Below are positions 9,233-18,659 of a stretch of 64,000 nucleotides of DNA, in pieces. The position numbers and the translations under genes are program-made. Each line of letters opens with the position of its first letter. Position 1 is the first letter of the stretch. The stretch comes from Kofleriaceae bacterium (GTDB lineage: Bacteria; Myxococcota_A; Polyangia; Haliangiales; Haliangiaceae): the NCBI GenBank assembly GCA_965215005.1, contig CBDCCZ010000003.1:224001-288000 (forward strand). Direction: 5' to 3'. The notes beneath the pieces are model-generated. The model worked only from the letters and a program-made list of their open reading frames with translations, was not told where the DNA came from and ran no database searches.

Positions 9233-10434
9233 GGCAGCACTTTTACGCCGGCGCTGGGGGATTGATGACTCGGACCTCCGGCGCCGCGATGCGGGGCAAG
9301 GGCGGCAGAGCTCTGCTGCTCACGGCCCCCCTTCGACGTCTTCCCAAGCGATTGTGGCTTTGCTGGTAGTTCACGACTTGCATCGCAGATCACCAGATGG
9401 GCACGCACCCGCAGCCCCCGTTGCTCGACCGTTAGGACGTGGCGAGCGGGATGCAGATGCGCGAGCCGCTGGCGCACGTTTGCCAGCCCCACGTGCGCGC
9501 GTCCAAGCCCAGACTCCGCAGGAGTGAGAAGGCCATCGTTTTCGATAGCGATGGCCACGCCGGCACCAAGCCGCGTGCACGTCACGCTAACCTCGAGCGG
9601 CAGCCGCCGCGTGGTGCGCATGCCGTGAACGATCGCGTTCTCGACCAACGGCTGCAACAAGAACGGTGCGAGAGGAAGCTCGGCGGCTCGCGGGTCGAGC
9701 TCCACGGTTACGCGGAGCTGGTCTTCGTAACGCGCCTTCTCGATCTCGAGGTAGGTGGCGATGGCGTCGAGCTCATCGGCTACGGTCGCCGCGGCTGCGT
9801 CGGCATCAAGCGCTCGACGCAACAGGCGCGAAAGCGCCAGGAGCAGCTCCTGCGACGCTTTAGGACGATCATCGATGAGCGAGACGATGGAGTTGAGGGC
9901 ATTGAACAAGAAGTGCGGCCCAAGCTGATAGCGCAGCAAATCCAGGGTGGCTTGGCGCGCTGCCCGCTCGGCTTGCTCGCCGCGGCTGCGCTCTTGCCGC
10001 CGGCGCACGTGCAAGTAAACGCTGATGGCATAGCCGTGCCACATCACCAGGACGAGCACCTGGTAGATCCAGGTTGCCACGACGTCTTCCGCCGGTTCCT
10101 CGGCGGCGCCGAGCAGGGCTGCGGGTGCCGCCGCGGCCACGCTCCAAAGGACTGCTTCACCGATTGCGGCCACAGTCGCCGCAATCACCACCACCGCGAG
10201 AGCATCGGCGTCTAGCAGCCGCAAGCGGTGCTGCAGCCACCAGCCGAGTCCCGCCAGTAGCGCGCCAATGGCCGCCCATCCCGCGCAACCCGCCGCCAAT
10301 GCGACGCCGGTGTAGTCTCCTGGACCCGGAGCAATCGAGCCAAGGACGTAGAGCAGCCCCGCCGCACTCAGCCACACCAGCGCTTGCGCCGGCCCGAGGG
10401 GACGCCTCCACGCTCGCGACGTCTCGTCACTCAC
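9229..10434 (-). CDS. LytS-type membrane sensor histidine kinase
   Basis: Several hydrophobic segments, QLGPHFLFNALN, YLEIEKARY, LQPLVENAIVHG, VGLANVRQRL. The stop overlaps the LytTR start (ATGA). Start codon uncertain. Confidence 0.9.
   Translation of the reverse strand: MSDETSRAWRRPLGPAQALVWLSAAGLLYVLGSIAPGPGDYTGVALAAGCAGWAAIGALLAGLGWWLQHRLRLLDADALAVVVIAATVAAIGEAVLWSVAAAAPAALLGAAEEPAEDVVATWIYQVLVLVMWHGYAISVYLHVRRRQERSRGEQAERAARQATLDLLRYQLGPHFLFNALNSIVSLIDDRPKASQELLLALSRLLRRALDADAAAATVADELDAIATYLEIEKARYEDQLRVTVELDPRAAELPLAPFLLQPLVENAIVHGMRTTRRLPLEVSVTCTRLGAGVAIAIENDGLLTPAESGLGRAHVGLANVRQRLAHLHPARHVLTVEQRGLRVRAHLVICDASRELPAKPQSLGKTSKGGREQQSSAALAPHRGAGGPSHQSPSAGVKVLP
9258..9347 (-). repeat. 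~90-bp dispersed repeat, copy 1 (inside the LytS coding tail)
   Basis: Its reverse complement aligns with 13296-13386. Both share the exact 23-mer TCTGCCGCCCTTGCCCCGCATCG and the end GTCATCAATCCC. Confidence 0.85.
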
Positions 10435-10450
10435 CGCTGCATACCATACG

Positions 10451-12019
10451 TCATGGCGTCCCCCACGGGCTCGGATCGCCGAGCAAGTACGCCGACACTT
10501 CGGCAATGACGGCCGAGGTTCCGGCCATGTCGATCGGCTCGAGCGCCGTGGCGCAGCTGGCGGTCACCGGGCGGCTCGGCTCCGCGAGGAACTCGAGCAG
10601 AACCTCGCTGCCGCACTGGCGACCATCGCCCAGGGGCGAGCTGGTGAGCGTGACGTGCCCGGCGGTCGGCATGTGCACATGCTGCGCGTTCGGCAGCGCC
10701 GCTGCGACTCGCTCGGCCCAGATTGGCGGAGTGAGGATATCGATACCGCCGGAGAGCACCAGCACTGGCGTGCGGCTTTCGGCCGGCGCATCGGCATCGG
10801 CACGTCGCCCAAAGCGTGGCCACGCCTGCTCCAGGGTCGCGAACAGCTCGAGCTCGCTGGTGCCACCGAACAGCGCACCAGCGAGCTCGGCGCGAATGGG
10901 ATCTAGGTCGATACCTTCGCGCCATAAGTCGCGCGTAGCGATGTGCAGTTGCAGGACCTGGTTGACGACTTCCAGGTTGCCGTCGCCGGCGCGGGAAAGC
11001 TCGTCGAGCACCGCGGCCAAGTGGACGAGCGCCTGCACGTCGGCGTCCGAGCACCGAGTTAGACGGTGTATCACGGCGGGAACGAGCACCAGCGTGGAGC
11101 GGTGGAGGTCGACGAGCCTCATTAGGAAGTCGCGAGCAAACTGGGCGCTTGCGCCCAGCTCGACAAGGGCGGGGCACCTTCCGTGATCGAGGCCGGCGAT
11201 CGCCGCGGCCGCGGTGCCAACGGGGTCACCGGAGAGGGCATCGTTACAGACCGGATCGGCGGCGCACAAATCGAGCACCTCATGTCCGATGTCATCGGCG
11301 TATAGCTGCCGGTTCCACACGTCGGCGGCGACATCGAGGACTCCGTCGAGAATGACGGCGTCGGCCTGCTCGGGGTAGCGCTGCAAGTAACGCTGTGCCC
11401 AGTAGCTGCCGTAAGAGCCGCCCCACACCGCGACCGGCACGTCGGCGCGCGTGGCTTCGATCAGCCTACCGAGATCTTCAGCAGCGGCAAATGCCGAGAA
11501 CTGGCCGAGGTCTTCGCCCCAAGAGCGGGTGAGCTCATCGACGCACGAAGGCAGCTCGGCGTCGGTTATTATCACGCCTTCGGCACTCGCAGCCGCTTGC
11601 GCGGTGGGACACGTCAGTGGCGTGCTGGCGCCGGCACCGCGGTGGGTGGGGATGTATATGCGCCAGCCAGCGTCGAGGAGTGGACCGACGATGCGCGGCG
11701 ATTCGAGGCCAGCGCCGGTGCCACCCGGTCCGCCATCGAGGAGCCAGAGGTCGCCACGGACCGGCACAGATGGCTCGACGCGCTTGACCACCACGTCGAT
11801 GAGCGGCCCTTCGGCAGCGACGCGTTGGTCGTAGGCGCGAAGCGGCAAGCGCGAGGTGGCGCAGTCGCCGGGGCGGCCGCCTTCGATGCGTGGCGCGCAC
11901 GGCTGCCACTGGAGGTCTTCGCCTCCGCCGGCGTTGCAGGCTGCCGCGGCGGCAAGCGCGACGACGGCAGCGTGCAGGCGGCTGCGATGACAACCGCGAG
12001 AAATGAGGTGATTGCTCAT
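10451..12019 (-). CDS. Exported alpha/beta hydrolase, TAP (tripeptidyl aminopeptidase)-like, probable lipoprotein
   Basis: Lipobox-like LAAAAAC, DGGPGG, GGSYGS nucleophile elbow, VILDG, LSGGIDILTP, AGH. Confidence 0.85.
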   Translation of the reverse strand: MSNHLISRGCHRSRLHAAVVALAAAAACNAGGGEDLQWQPCAPRIEGGRPGDCATSRLPLRAYDQRVAAEGPLIDVVVKRVEPSVPVRGDLWLLDGGPGGTGAGLESPRIVGPLLDAGWRIYIPTHRGAGASTPLTCPTAQAAASAEGVIITDAELPSCVDELTRSWGEDLGQFSAFAAAEDLGRLIEATRADVPVAVWGGSYGSYWAQRYLQRYPEQADAVILDGVLDVAADVWNRQLYADDIGHEVLDLCAADPVCNDALSGDPVGTAAAAIAGLDHGRCPALVELGASAQFARDFLMRLVDLHRSTLVLVPAVIHRLTRCSDADVQALVHLAAVLDELSRAGDGNLEVVNQVLQLHIATRDLWREGIDLDPIRAELAGALFGGTSELELFATLEQAWPRFGRRADADAPAESRTPVLVLSGGIDILTPPIWAERVAAALPNAQHVHMPTAGHVTLTSSPLGDGRQCGSEVLLEFLAEPSRPVTASCATALEPIDMAGTSAVIAEVSAYLLGDPSPWGTP

Positions 12020-12376
12020 GGGTGCTATCGTTCCAGCAAGCCGGCCGCCGTCCAGGTCGCGCCGCCGAGCGGCACGATAGACACGTTATTCGGCGCCTAT
12101 CGCCGGCGAGCGATGTGATGCGAGCACCCGCGGCGGAACGGGATTTCGCTGCGACCCGCACGGCGGAGCTTGCGAGATCATCGCAGCAGGTTCGGAATCC
12201 ATATGACCGCTCAACCTGCCGGCAACTGCGATTGATCGCAGCAAGCCAATTCCTTCAACGAAGCACAAAGCGGTTCTGTCACGAGAGAGGCAACATCGCG
12301 AATCGCAGCACGGCATGGCGGCGCAGCGCTAGTTTGCGCCGCCGTCGACAGCGGCGCGGGAGGTCGCGAGTCGCAA

Positions 12377-12392
12377 TGGCACCTCGGCTGCA
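12377..12392 (+). promoter_or_regulatory. Putative sigma54 -24/-12 promoter
   Basis: TGGCACCTCGGCTGCA has GG-N10-GC spacing and ends 12 bp before the ATG at 12405. Confidence 0.5.
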
Positions 12393-12404
12393 CTACGTGA
12401 GCTC

Positions 12405-13229
12405 ATGAGCGCTAAAATTCCCATTCTCGCAGTCATCGGTCTGACCGCCCTTTCGAGCTGCATGGAGGACAACCTCGGCGACGCCGCTCTCGATTCGCCG
12501 GTTACTCAACCCGATAATTCACCGGAGGGAACTGCGTACGACGGCACTCACGGCAGATACGACTCGATCTCTGGCCAACAGGTGCACTTGCGCTTCGCGG
12601 GATTCATTCCTTGCGATGCCGTCGGCATTCCCGCGCCATTCATACGGCGATGGTCGCACTACCGTGGCGACGGTCGCGGGTTTGACTTCGTCGGCGCCAA
12701 GCAGCGCAGCCGGGCGTCGCTCAGCGTGCTCGTTAGTCGGAACCGCATCGATGCCATGTCGCCCATCCTTGGCGAATCGCAAGGATTCACCTCTAGCCAG
12801 GTCACCTCCGGCCAAGGAAACTGCTTTACCGTTCGAGCGGGGCAGACTCCCGGCGAGCGCAAGCTCGACCCCAATCCCGAAATCATGGCCTGGCACTCGG
12901 CCAAAGGACAAAACCAAGGCTATGAGCTGACCAAAACTCGGCTCAAGTTGCACGCTACGGATCCCATCCCCTACGGGCCGGTGCCGTCGCTGGATGCCTA
13001 TGTCGATATCTGGATCTGGTGGAGCGGCAACACGCCGGTGCACTACTATCTCGATGGTAAACGCGACAGCTATCCGAGCTATGAGCTGTACATCAACGGC
13101 AACCGCGTGTACGCGTTCGACGCGTTAGCCGCTGGCACCTCGCCGCTCGACTTGGCGCTCAACGAGCGCACGTTCGATTCGGGCTCGGTCCATCGCATCC
13201 CGCGATTTCCGCCGGGCGTCAGTCCTTAG
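12405..13229 (+). CDS. Hypothetical lipoprotein (C-terminus reminiscent of DUF3238)
   Basis: Signal peptide ending LSSC; beta-rich body; DSYPSYELYING motif. The family call is tentative. Confidence 0.65.
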   Translation: MSAKIPILAVIGLTALSSCMEDNLGDAALDSPVTQPDNSPEGTAYDGTHGRYDSISGQQVHLRFAGFIPCDAVGIPAPFIRRWSHYRGDGRGFDFVGAKQRSRASLSVLVSRNRIDAMSPILGESQGFTSSQVTSGQGNCFTVRAGQTPGERKLDPNPEIMAWHSAKGQNQGYELTKTRLKLHATDPIPYGPVPSLDAYVDIWIWWSGNTPVHYYLDGKRDSYPSYELYINGNRVYAFDALAAGTSPLDLALNERTFDSGSVHRIPRFPPGVSP

Positions 13230-13295
13230 TCGCGGCAACGTCTCGTCGCCACCAACGACGAGGTTAGCCAGATTTTCGAGCTCACCGCGACCAGG

Positions 13296-13386
13296 TTGAG
13301 GGAGACGCCGAAGGGGGCGGGTGAGCAGCGGACGTCTGCCGCCCTTGCCCCGCATCGGGGCGGCGGATTGCTGCGTCATCAATCCC
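13296..13386 (+). repeat. ~90-bp dispersed repeat, copy 2 (intergenic)
   Basis: Roughly 80-85% identical by eye to the reverse complement of 9258-9347. Confidence 0.85.
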
Positions 13387-13433
13387 GCGGCGGCGTAGTA
13401 GGACGCTGCGGAGCTACTGGAGGCGGGGCGGCT

Positions 13434-13724
13434 TCACTGGCCTGCTCGGTGAAGCTTTTTGTCGACCAGGTCGTGCTCGTGGTCGTGCTGGGCGCCTAGC
13501 TCTTCGCCGTCTAGGAAGAAGCGTTCTTCGACGGGGTCGAGATCTAGCGCGTCTACGGTGAGAAGCTCGTAGATGAGGTAGTAGTCGTCGCCAGGGTCAA
13601 CGGCGAGCTCGATTTCGGCGTAGTAGTCGTCGTCTAGGAGCATCGAGTGTTCTGGCGCGCGCCAGGTTTCTGTGCTCGCGCGCACTCTTTTTGAGGCGTT
13701 CCACATCGTGGGTTGACCTAGCAA
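13434..13724 (-). CDS. Small acidic hypothetical protein
   Basis: D/E/Y-rich ORF (LLDDDYYAEIELAVDPGDDYYLIYELL), unlike GC-rich shadow ORFs. No recognisable family. Confidence 0.45.
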   Translation of the reverse strand: MLGQPTMWNASKRVRASTETWRAPEHSMLLDDDYYAEIELAVDPGDDYYLIYELLTVDALDLDPVEERFFLDGEELGAQHDHEHDLVDKKLHRAGQ

Positions 13725-14229
13725 GGGTTAGTCCATGCTCTGCTTCTCAGAAGTTACCTATACTTGCTAAGACTCCGTGAGAAAGCTGCTGTGCGCGGTT
13801 TGCACGCCTGCTGGCGACTCTTGAGGTCTCCTCAGGAAACCTTCGTAGCAATGGTTTCGGCTGGCGATGGTGGAGCTCACGGCAGAAGCAGGCAGAAGCG
13901 CGCGAACGCTTGCGTCGAGCGCAGCGACGAGGGGACATTGTTAGTGGCCAAGCCACTGGCCACCCCTGATGCACCCGCGCCGCAGTACCTGCGGCGGCCC
14001 CGCCCGAGGAGCGCGCTGCAAACACCTGCCGAGCGGCGTCTTCACGGGCGCGAGGATGGCCGAACTAGCCACGCCCCCGGCTCCTTGAGCCGCCGCTTGC
14101 TCGGCCAACTAGCGAACACTACACAAGAACGGATCTGGCTGAGAGCTTGCTACCTGCCAAGCCTCGCCGGGTACCGAAGGCTGCGTTCGGGACCGTTTCG
14201 ATGGAACCACAACCGCCAGGAGCCTTCTC

Positions 14230-15576
14230 GTGTTCAGCTTTCCCCTCCGCGCCGCCCCTCTTCTTCTCGTCACCGCCAGCTGCGTGACGCCTAACGCGGA
14301 GCTGGAAGTCGATACCACTGCCGAGGAGGTCGTAGGCGGGCGCCACGAGAACGGCTACGCCGCCGCGGGACATTTGCTAAGCGGCTTTCGTCCCGACACC
14401 CTCACGGGCCCCGCGTGCGGAGCCGCGTTGATCGCTCCCACCATCGCAGTAACCGCCGCGCACTGCATCGACGATCCACAGTCGGTCTATGCGGTTGGCT
14501 TTGGCGACGTTTATTCGTCGCCGCCGCACCTCGTGAGTCACGTGGTCATGCACCCGAGTTACGACGGCGACCCCGGCAGATGGGAGCGCTGGCGTCACGA
14601 TCTGGCGGTACTACACCTCGCGACGCCAGTGCTCGACGTCGAGCCGGCCTCTATCGCGACGCCGCAACTCGGCTGCAATAGCCGCTACGTCGGTCACGGC
14701 CGCGTCACAGAAGGAACGTTCATCGAAGAAGACGGCTACACCGGCGAGCGCAAGAGCGCCGGCCAGTGCATCGATGAGATCGCCAACCAGCATCTCGTGA
14801 CCCACGGCACCGACGGCGGCTTATGCTGGGGCGATTCGGGTGGGCCGCTCCTGCAGCAAGGAACCAACCAGATACTGGGTGTGCTCGCAGACTTCGACGG
14901 CATCTTTTCCTGCTACATCGGCAACTCGATGATCTTCACCTCGCTCTCTGGCGAGCATACGTTCATTGATTGCGCGATAAACCGGAGTTCCGACTCCCCC
15001 GCGGGTCGTTTCAGCGACACGACGTGCCATTGGGCCGAGCCGTTCATCACAGCGCTCGCCGATTCGAACATCGTTGCTGGCTATCCCGAGGGCGCGTACG
15101 CGCCGGATCGCGCGTTAACCCGCGCTGAGCTCGCCGCGCTCATCGCAGCGGCCTTCGACCCCGCCGCCAAGCGCGACTCCAGACGCTTCCGCGACGTCGC
15201 CGGACACTGGGCCGCCGGTGTCATCGACGTTGCCTACCGCGGCGGATTTCTCTCCGGCTATCCCGATGGCTCGTTCCGCCCCGATGCCACGCTCACGCGC
15301 CTGGAAGCGCTCGTCGCCCTCGCCAGTGGCCTCGGGCTGCAGGACGCACCTGCCGAGCTAGCAAGCTTTGCCGACGCCGCGGCCATTCCCGTGTGGGCAC
15401 AAACGAAAGTCGCTGGCGCGAAGACCGGGGGTCTCATCGCGAGCTATCCAGACATCGGCCGGCTCGAGCCCGGCGCGCCGGCAACCCGTGCTGACGTCGC
15501 GGCCTTCATCTACCAATCGCTGGTCCACCTGGGGCGACTTCCGCCCCTCACGAATGACTACTTGATAGTGGAGTAG
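14230..15576 (+). CDS. Trypsin-like (S1) serine protease with three C-terminal SLH domains, probable lipoprotein
   Basis: LVTASC lipobox; TAAHC, HDLAVL and GDSGGP catalytic triad; three SLH repeats with TRAE, TRLE and TRAD motifs. Confidence 0.92.
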   Translation: MFSFPLRAAPLLLVTASCVTPNAELEVDTTAEEVVGGRHENGYAAAGHLLSGFRPDTLTGPACGAALIAPTIAVTAAHCIDDPQSVYAVGFGDVYSSPPHLVSHVVMHPSYDGDPGRWERWRHDLAVLHLATPVLDVEPASIATPQLGCNSRYVGHGRVTEGTFIEEDGYTGERKSAGQCIDEIANQHLVTHGTDGGLCWGDSGGPLLQQGTNQILGVLADFDGIFSCYIGNSMIFTSLSGEHTFIDCAINRSSDSPAGRFSDTTCHWAEPFITALADSNIVAGYPEGAYAPDRALTRAELAALIAAAFDPAAKRDSRRFRDVAGHWAAGVIDVAYRGGFLSGYPDGSFRPDATLTRLEALVALASGLGLQDAPAELASFADAAAIPVWAQTKVAGAKTGGLIASYPDIGRLEPGAPATRADVAAFIYQSLVHLGRLPPLTNDYLIVE

Positions 15577-15581
15577 CCGCG

Positions 15582-16190
15582 TCAATCCTGCCCTTGCACA
15601 CGCACGGCGGCAACGAACAGCTGCACGAGCTCACTGACGTTCCGGCGATGCTCGACGGCATCCACGGCTTTGGTTCTTGCGCCCTCCGCCGAGCGAAATA
15701 GCAGCAGAGCGGCCTGCGGCGCCGTCATCTCCAGTGCCTGCAGCTCGATAGTCTTTGAGCGCGCGGCTCCGCGGATGAGGCTGGTGAGCATGGCCAAATA
15801 CGCCCTGTCTGCCTCGAGAATGATCTCACTGCTGAGCTGATCGCTCGCGGCGAGCAGCTCAGCGGCGTGAGGGCCGCGGTGCAGGAGCTCGAACACGTAG
15901 CCAAACTTCGCTTCGAGCATCTCGATCAACTGCTCCGCAAACGATTCCGCCTCACGGGCGCGTTCGGCGCGTGCAAGGAACGTCTGAACCACGAGCTCGC
16001 AAGCGCCTCGATAAATGTCGTCTTTACTCGGAAACGTCGCGTACAGCGTTCCCTTTGCCAGCCCCGCCTCCGCGGCAATGCGATCAACGGAGGTGCGACG
16101 ATAGCCGTAGCGACCGAACAGCATGATGGCAGCCTCTAAGATGCGACGGCTCTTTTCGGCAGAAGGATCAACCACCTGCGAAGAATACAC
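15582..16190 (-). CDS. TetR/AcrR family transcriptional regulator
   Basis: ILEAAIMLFGRYGYRRTSVDRIAAEAGLAKGTLYATFPSKDDI HTH. Confidence 0.92.
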   Translation of the reverse strand: MYSSQVVDPSAEKSRRILEAAIMLFGRYGYRRTSVDRIAAEAGLAKGTLYATFPSKDDIYRGACELVVQTFLARAERAREAESFAEQLIEMLEAKFGYVFELLHRGPHAAELLAASDQLSSEIILEADRAYLAMLTSLIRGAARSKTIELQALEMTAPQAALLLFRSAEGARTKAVDAVEHRRNVSELVQLFVAAVRVQGQD

Positions 16191-16209
16191 ACCGCTGGGC
16201 TCAAAAACT

Positions 16210-16241
16210 AATTGTACTGAATGAACTCATTCAGTACAATT
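16210..16241. promoter_or_regulatory. Perfect 15-bp inverted repeat, probable TetR operator
   Basis: AATTGTACTGAATGA-AC-TCATTCAGTACAATT, AT-rich, between the divergent tetR and reductase genes. Confidence 0.8.
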
Positions 16242-16265
16242 GAGACTCGACAAAAGGAGAGCCCT

Positions 16266-17312
16266 ATGACCACCAACACCCGGCCTATCTGCGTCACCGG
16301 TGCATCCGGCTTCATCGCCTCCCATATCGTCAAAGACCTGCTTGCCCATGGCTACCGCGTGCGCGGCACGGTTCGCGACGCCAGCCGCCGCGATAAATAC
16401 GACTACCTCCACGCGCTTCCCGGTGCCGCCGAGCGGCTGGAGCTGGTGAGCGCAGATCTTCTCGCGCCAGAAAGCTTTGCCGCAGCGGTCGCGGGATGTG
16501 AATACGTCCTCCATACCGCGAGCCCATACGTGCTCGACGTGAAGGACCCGCAGCGCGATCTCGTGGAGCCAGCAGTCAACGGCACCCGAGCGGTTCTCGC
16601 AGCATGCAAGAACGCAGGCGACGTGAAGCGAGTGGTCGTCACCTCATCGATGGCGGCCGTTACTGACGAGCCGGACTCCGAGCGGGTGCTTACGGAGGCA
16701 GACTGGAACGAATGCTCTTCGCTCACACGCAACCCTTACTATTACTCCAAGACCCTTGCGGAGCGCGAAGCGTGGCGGTTCCAGCAAGATGAAGCGCCGG
16801 CGTTCGACCTCGTGGTCATCAACCCGTTTCTGGTCATTGGCCCTTCGCTCACGCCAAGCCTCAACACCTCGAACCAGCTCTTTGTCGACATGCTCACCGG
16901 CAAGTATCCCGGCATCATGAATATTACGTGGGGCATGGTCGATGTTCGCGACGTCGCGCGCGCCCACCGGCTCGCCTTCGAGCGCGAGTCAGCATCGGGC
17001 CGCTACCTGTGCGCCAACACCACGATCTCGATGCGCGCCCTTGCCGACCTACTGCGTGAGCAAGGCTATGGAAGCTATTCGCTTCCTAAGCTGGGTATGG
17101 ACTGCTCCGCTGGTGATTTGATGGTGCGACTCTCGAGCTACTTCTATCCCAAAGGAACGGGAAGCTACTTGCGCACCCACGTAGGCCGCACTCCCCGGTT
17201 CGATCACGGCAAGATCCGCCGCGAGCTCGACCTCGAGTTCACGCCGCTAGCCGACTCCATCCGCGACACCGTCGATGACCTGCAGCGCTGGGGTCACCTC
17301 CAGGAGGCGTGA
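16266..17312 (+). CDS. NAD(P)-dependent extended SDR (dihydroflavonol-4-reductase/aldehyde reductase-like)
   Basis: AAGGAG RBS; VTGASGFIA, HTASP, VVTSSMAA, YYYSKTLAE (YxxSK), VDVRDVA. Confidence 0.92.
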   Translation: MTTNTRPICVTGASGFIASHIVKDLLAHGYRVRGTVRDASRRDKYDYLHALPGAAERLELVSADLLAPESFAAAVAGCEYVLHTASPYVLDVKDPQRDLVEPAVNGTRAVLAACKNAGDVKRVVVTSSMAAVTDEPDSERVLTEADWNECSSLTRNPYYYSKTLAEREAWRFQQDEAPAFDLVVINPFLVIGPSLTPSLNTSNQLFVDMLTGKYPGIMNITWGMVDVRDVARAHRLAFERESASGRYLCANTTISMRALADLLREQGYGSYSLPKLGMDCSAGDLMVRLSSYFYPKGTGSYLRTHVGRTPRFDHGKIRRELDLEFTPLADSIRDTVDDLQRWGHLQEA

Positions 17313-17430
17313 GTGGCTCATGAGCAGCTACTGCACTGCCCGCATTGGCGCGATGACCACGGCTCGTTCGAGCAGCCAGTGATAGGTGTTACTCATTGCA
17401 GGCGACGCCGCTGCACGATATGAAGCGCTG

Positions 17431-17937
17431 ATGCTTCGCCGCGCGCTCTGGATGTCGCTTCTCTTAACCCTTAGCTGCGCGCAGGCCGGCACCAACGCCG
17501 AACCGCTAAGTGTCGATGCTGCCGGGCTCGGACCGGCCGACGCCGCTCCGGCCGACGCTGCTGGCCCCGTGGACGCACTGGAGTCGCTGCCAGACGCGCA
17601 GCCCCCGCTTCCGGATGCGGCCCCACCGGCAGACGGGCCGGTGTCGCGTCCCCCCGACGCGATGCCACCGGCCGATGCTGCACGTCCCCCGGACGCAGCC
17701 CCCCCGGCCATTGACGCTCGCCCACCCGTGGACGCTAGCCCGCGGTGCGGCCAGATCAATCAGCCCTGCTGTCAATACCGCTACTGCGACGGCGACGAGG
17801 TGGCCTGCATCAGCGGCGGATGCGTCTACTATCCCAGCTGCGGCCAAACCAACACGCACTGCTGTGGCGGCTACGACGGCACGTGCCGCCAGCCGAGCGA
17901 TGAATGCCGCGAGAACGTCTGTCGGAGGCGCGACTAA
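17431..17937 (+). CDS. Pro/Asp/Ala-repeat lipoprotein with Cys-rich C-terminus
   Basis: LLLTLSC lipobox, repeated PDAAPP/PADA, two CGQxNxxCC modules. Confidence 0.75.
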   Translation: MLRRALWMSLLLTLSCAQAGTNAEPLSVDAAGLGPADAAPADAAGPVDALESLPDAQPPLPDAAPPADGPVSRPPDAMPPADAARPPDAAPPAIDARPPVDASPRCGQINQPCCQYRYCDGDEVACISGGCVYYPSCGQTNTHCCGGYDGTCRQPSDECRENVCRRRD

Positions 17938-17993
17938 AGGTGACCTTGTCGCGGACCTCGCGCCGTTGATCAAGCGCGGCGCATGCAGCGTCG

Positions 17994-18566
17994 CTATGGA
18001 GCCGTCAGCTGGTGCTCAGCGTAGTGCTTCCAGCACACCGGCACATATTCGCCGTCGGCGCCCAGCATGACCCGAGGACCTTCAAAAACGGCCTTCCCCG
18101 CCAGCAGTCGCAGGTTGAAGGTGGCTTTGCTAGTGCAGTACTGGCACGTCACCTTTACTTCCTCGATGCGATCCGCGAGCTCGAGAAGGCGCTGCGAGCC
18201 AGCGAAGAGTCGGGTTTGGAAGTCGGTGCGCAGGCCGTAGCAGATCACCGGCACCCCCGGATCAATCGTGGCGCGTCGCAGCTGCTCGATGACGGCCGGC
18301 GCGAGAAACTGCGCTTCATCCACGAGCACGCAGTCCAGCGGCGGCGCCAGCAGCGGCCCGAGGTCGCTGTCGGCGTCGATCAGCGCGTCGGCATCGGCGG
18401 TTAGTCCCGAGCGAGAGGCAATGCGCCCGGCACCGAATCGGTCGTCCAGTCGCGGCTTGAGGAGCAACACCCGCTTGCCCTGCTTGCGGTAATTGTGCGC
18501 GACCGCGAGCAGGTTCAACGTCTTGGCACTATCCATGGTGCCGTAGCGAAAGTAGAGCTTTGCCAT
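17994..18566 (-). CDS. tdk: Thymidine kinase
   Basis: MAKLYFRYGTMDSAKT, VLVDEAQFL, YGLRTDF, CQYC...YVPVCWKH zinc site. Confidence 0.95.
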   Translation of the reverse strand: MAKLYFRYGTMDSAKTLNLLAVAHNYRKQGKRVLLLKPRLDDRFGAGRIASRSGLTADADALIDADSDLGPLLAPPLDCVLVDEAQFLAPAVIEQLRRATIDPGVPVICYGLRTDFQTRLFAGSQRLLELADRIEEVKVTCQYCTSKATFNLRLLAGKAVFEGPRVMLGADGEYVPVCWKHYAEHQLTAP

Positions 18567-18659
18567 CGCGTTAGCCCGTAACGTCCGATAGAGACCTTCG
18601 GTTGCCGCAAACTGATAGGCCCGTGCAAGCGCGCACGTGCCGCTTCCATGCAATGACCA

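Noticed and set aside
12060..12141. Loose GCCGxCGAGCG-like direct repeats as LytTR boxes
   Set aside because: Spacings of 41 and 28 bp are irregular and the motif is low complexity.
17520..17740. Repeated GACGC/CCGGCC units resembling a DNA repeat array
   Set aside because: Explained by the PDAAPP linker of the lipoprotein; no constant repeat-spacer period, so not CRISPR.
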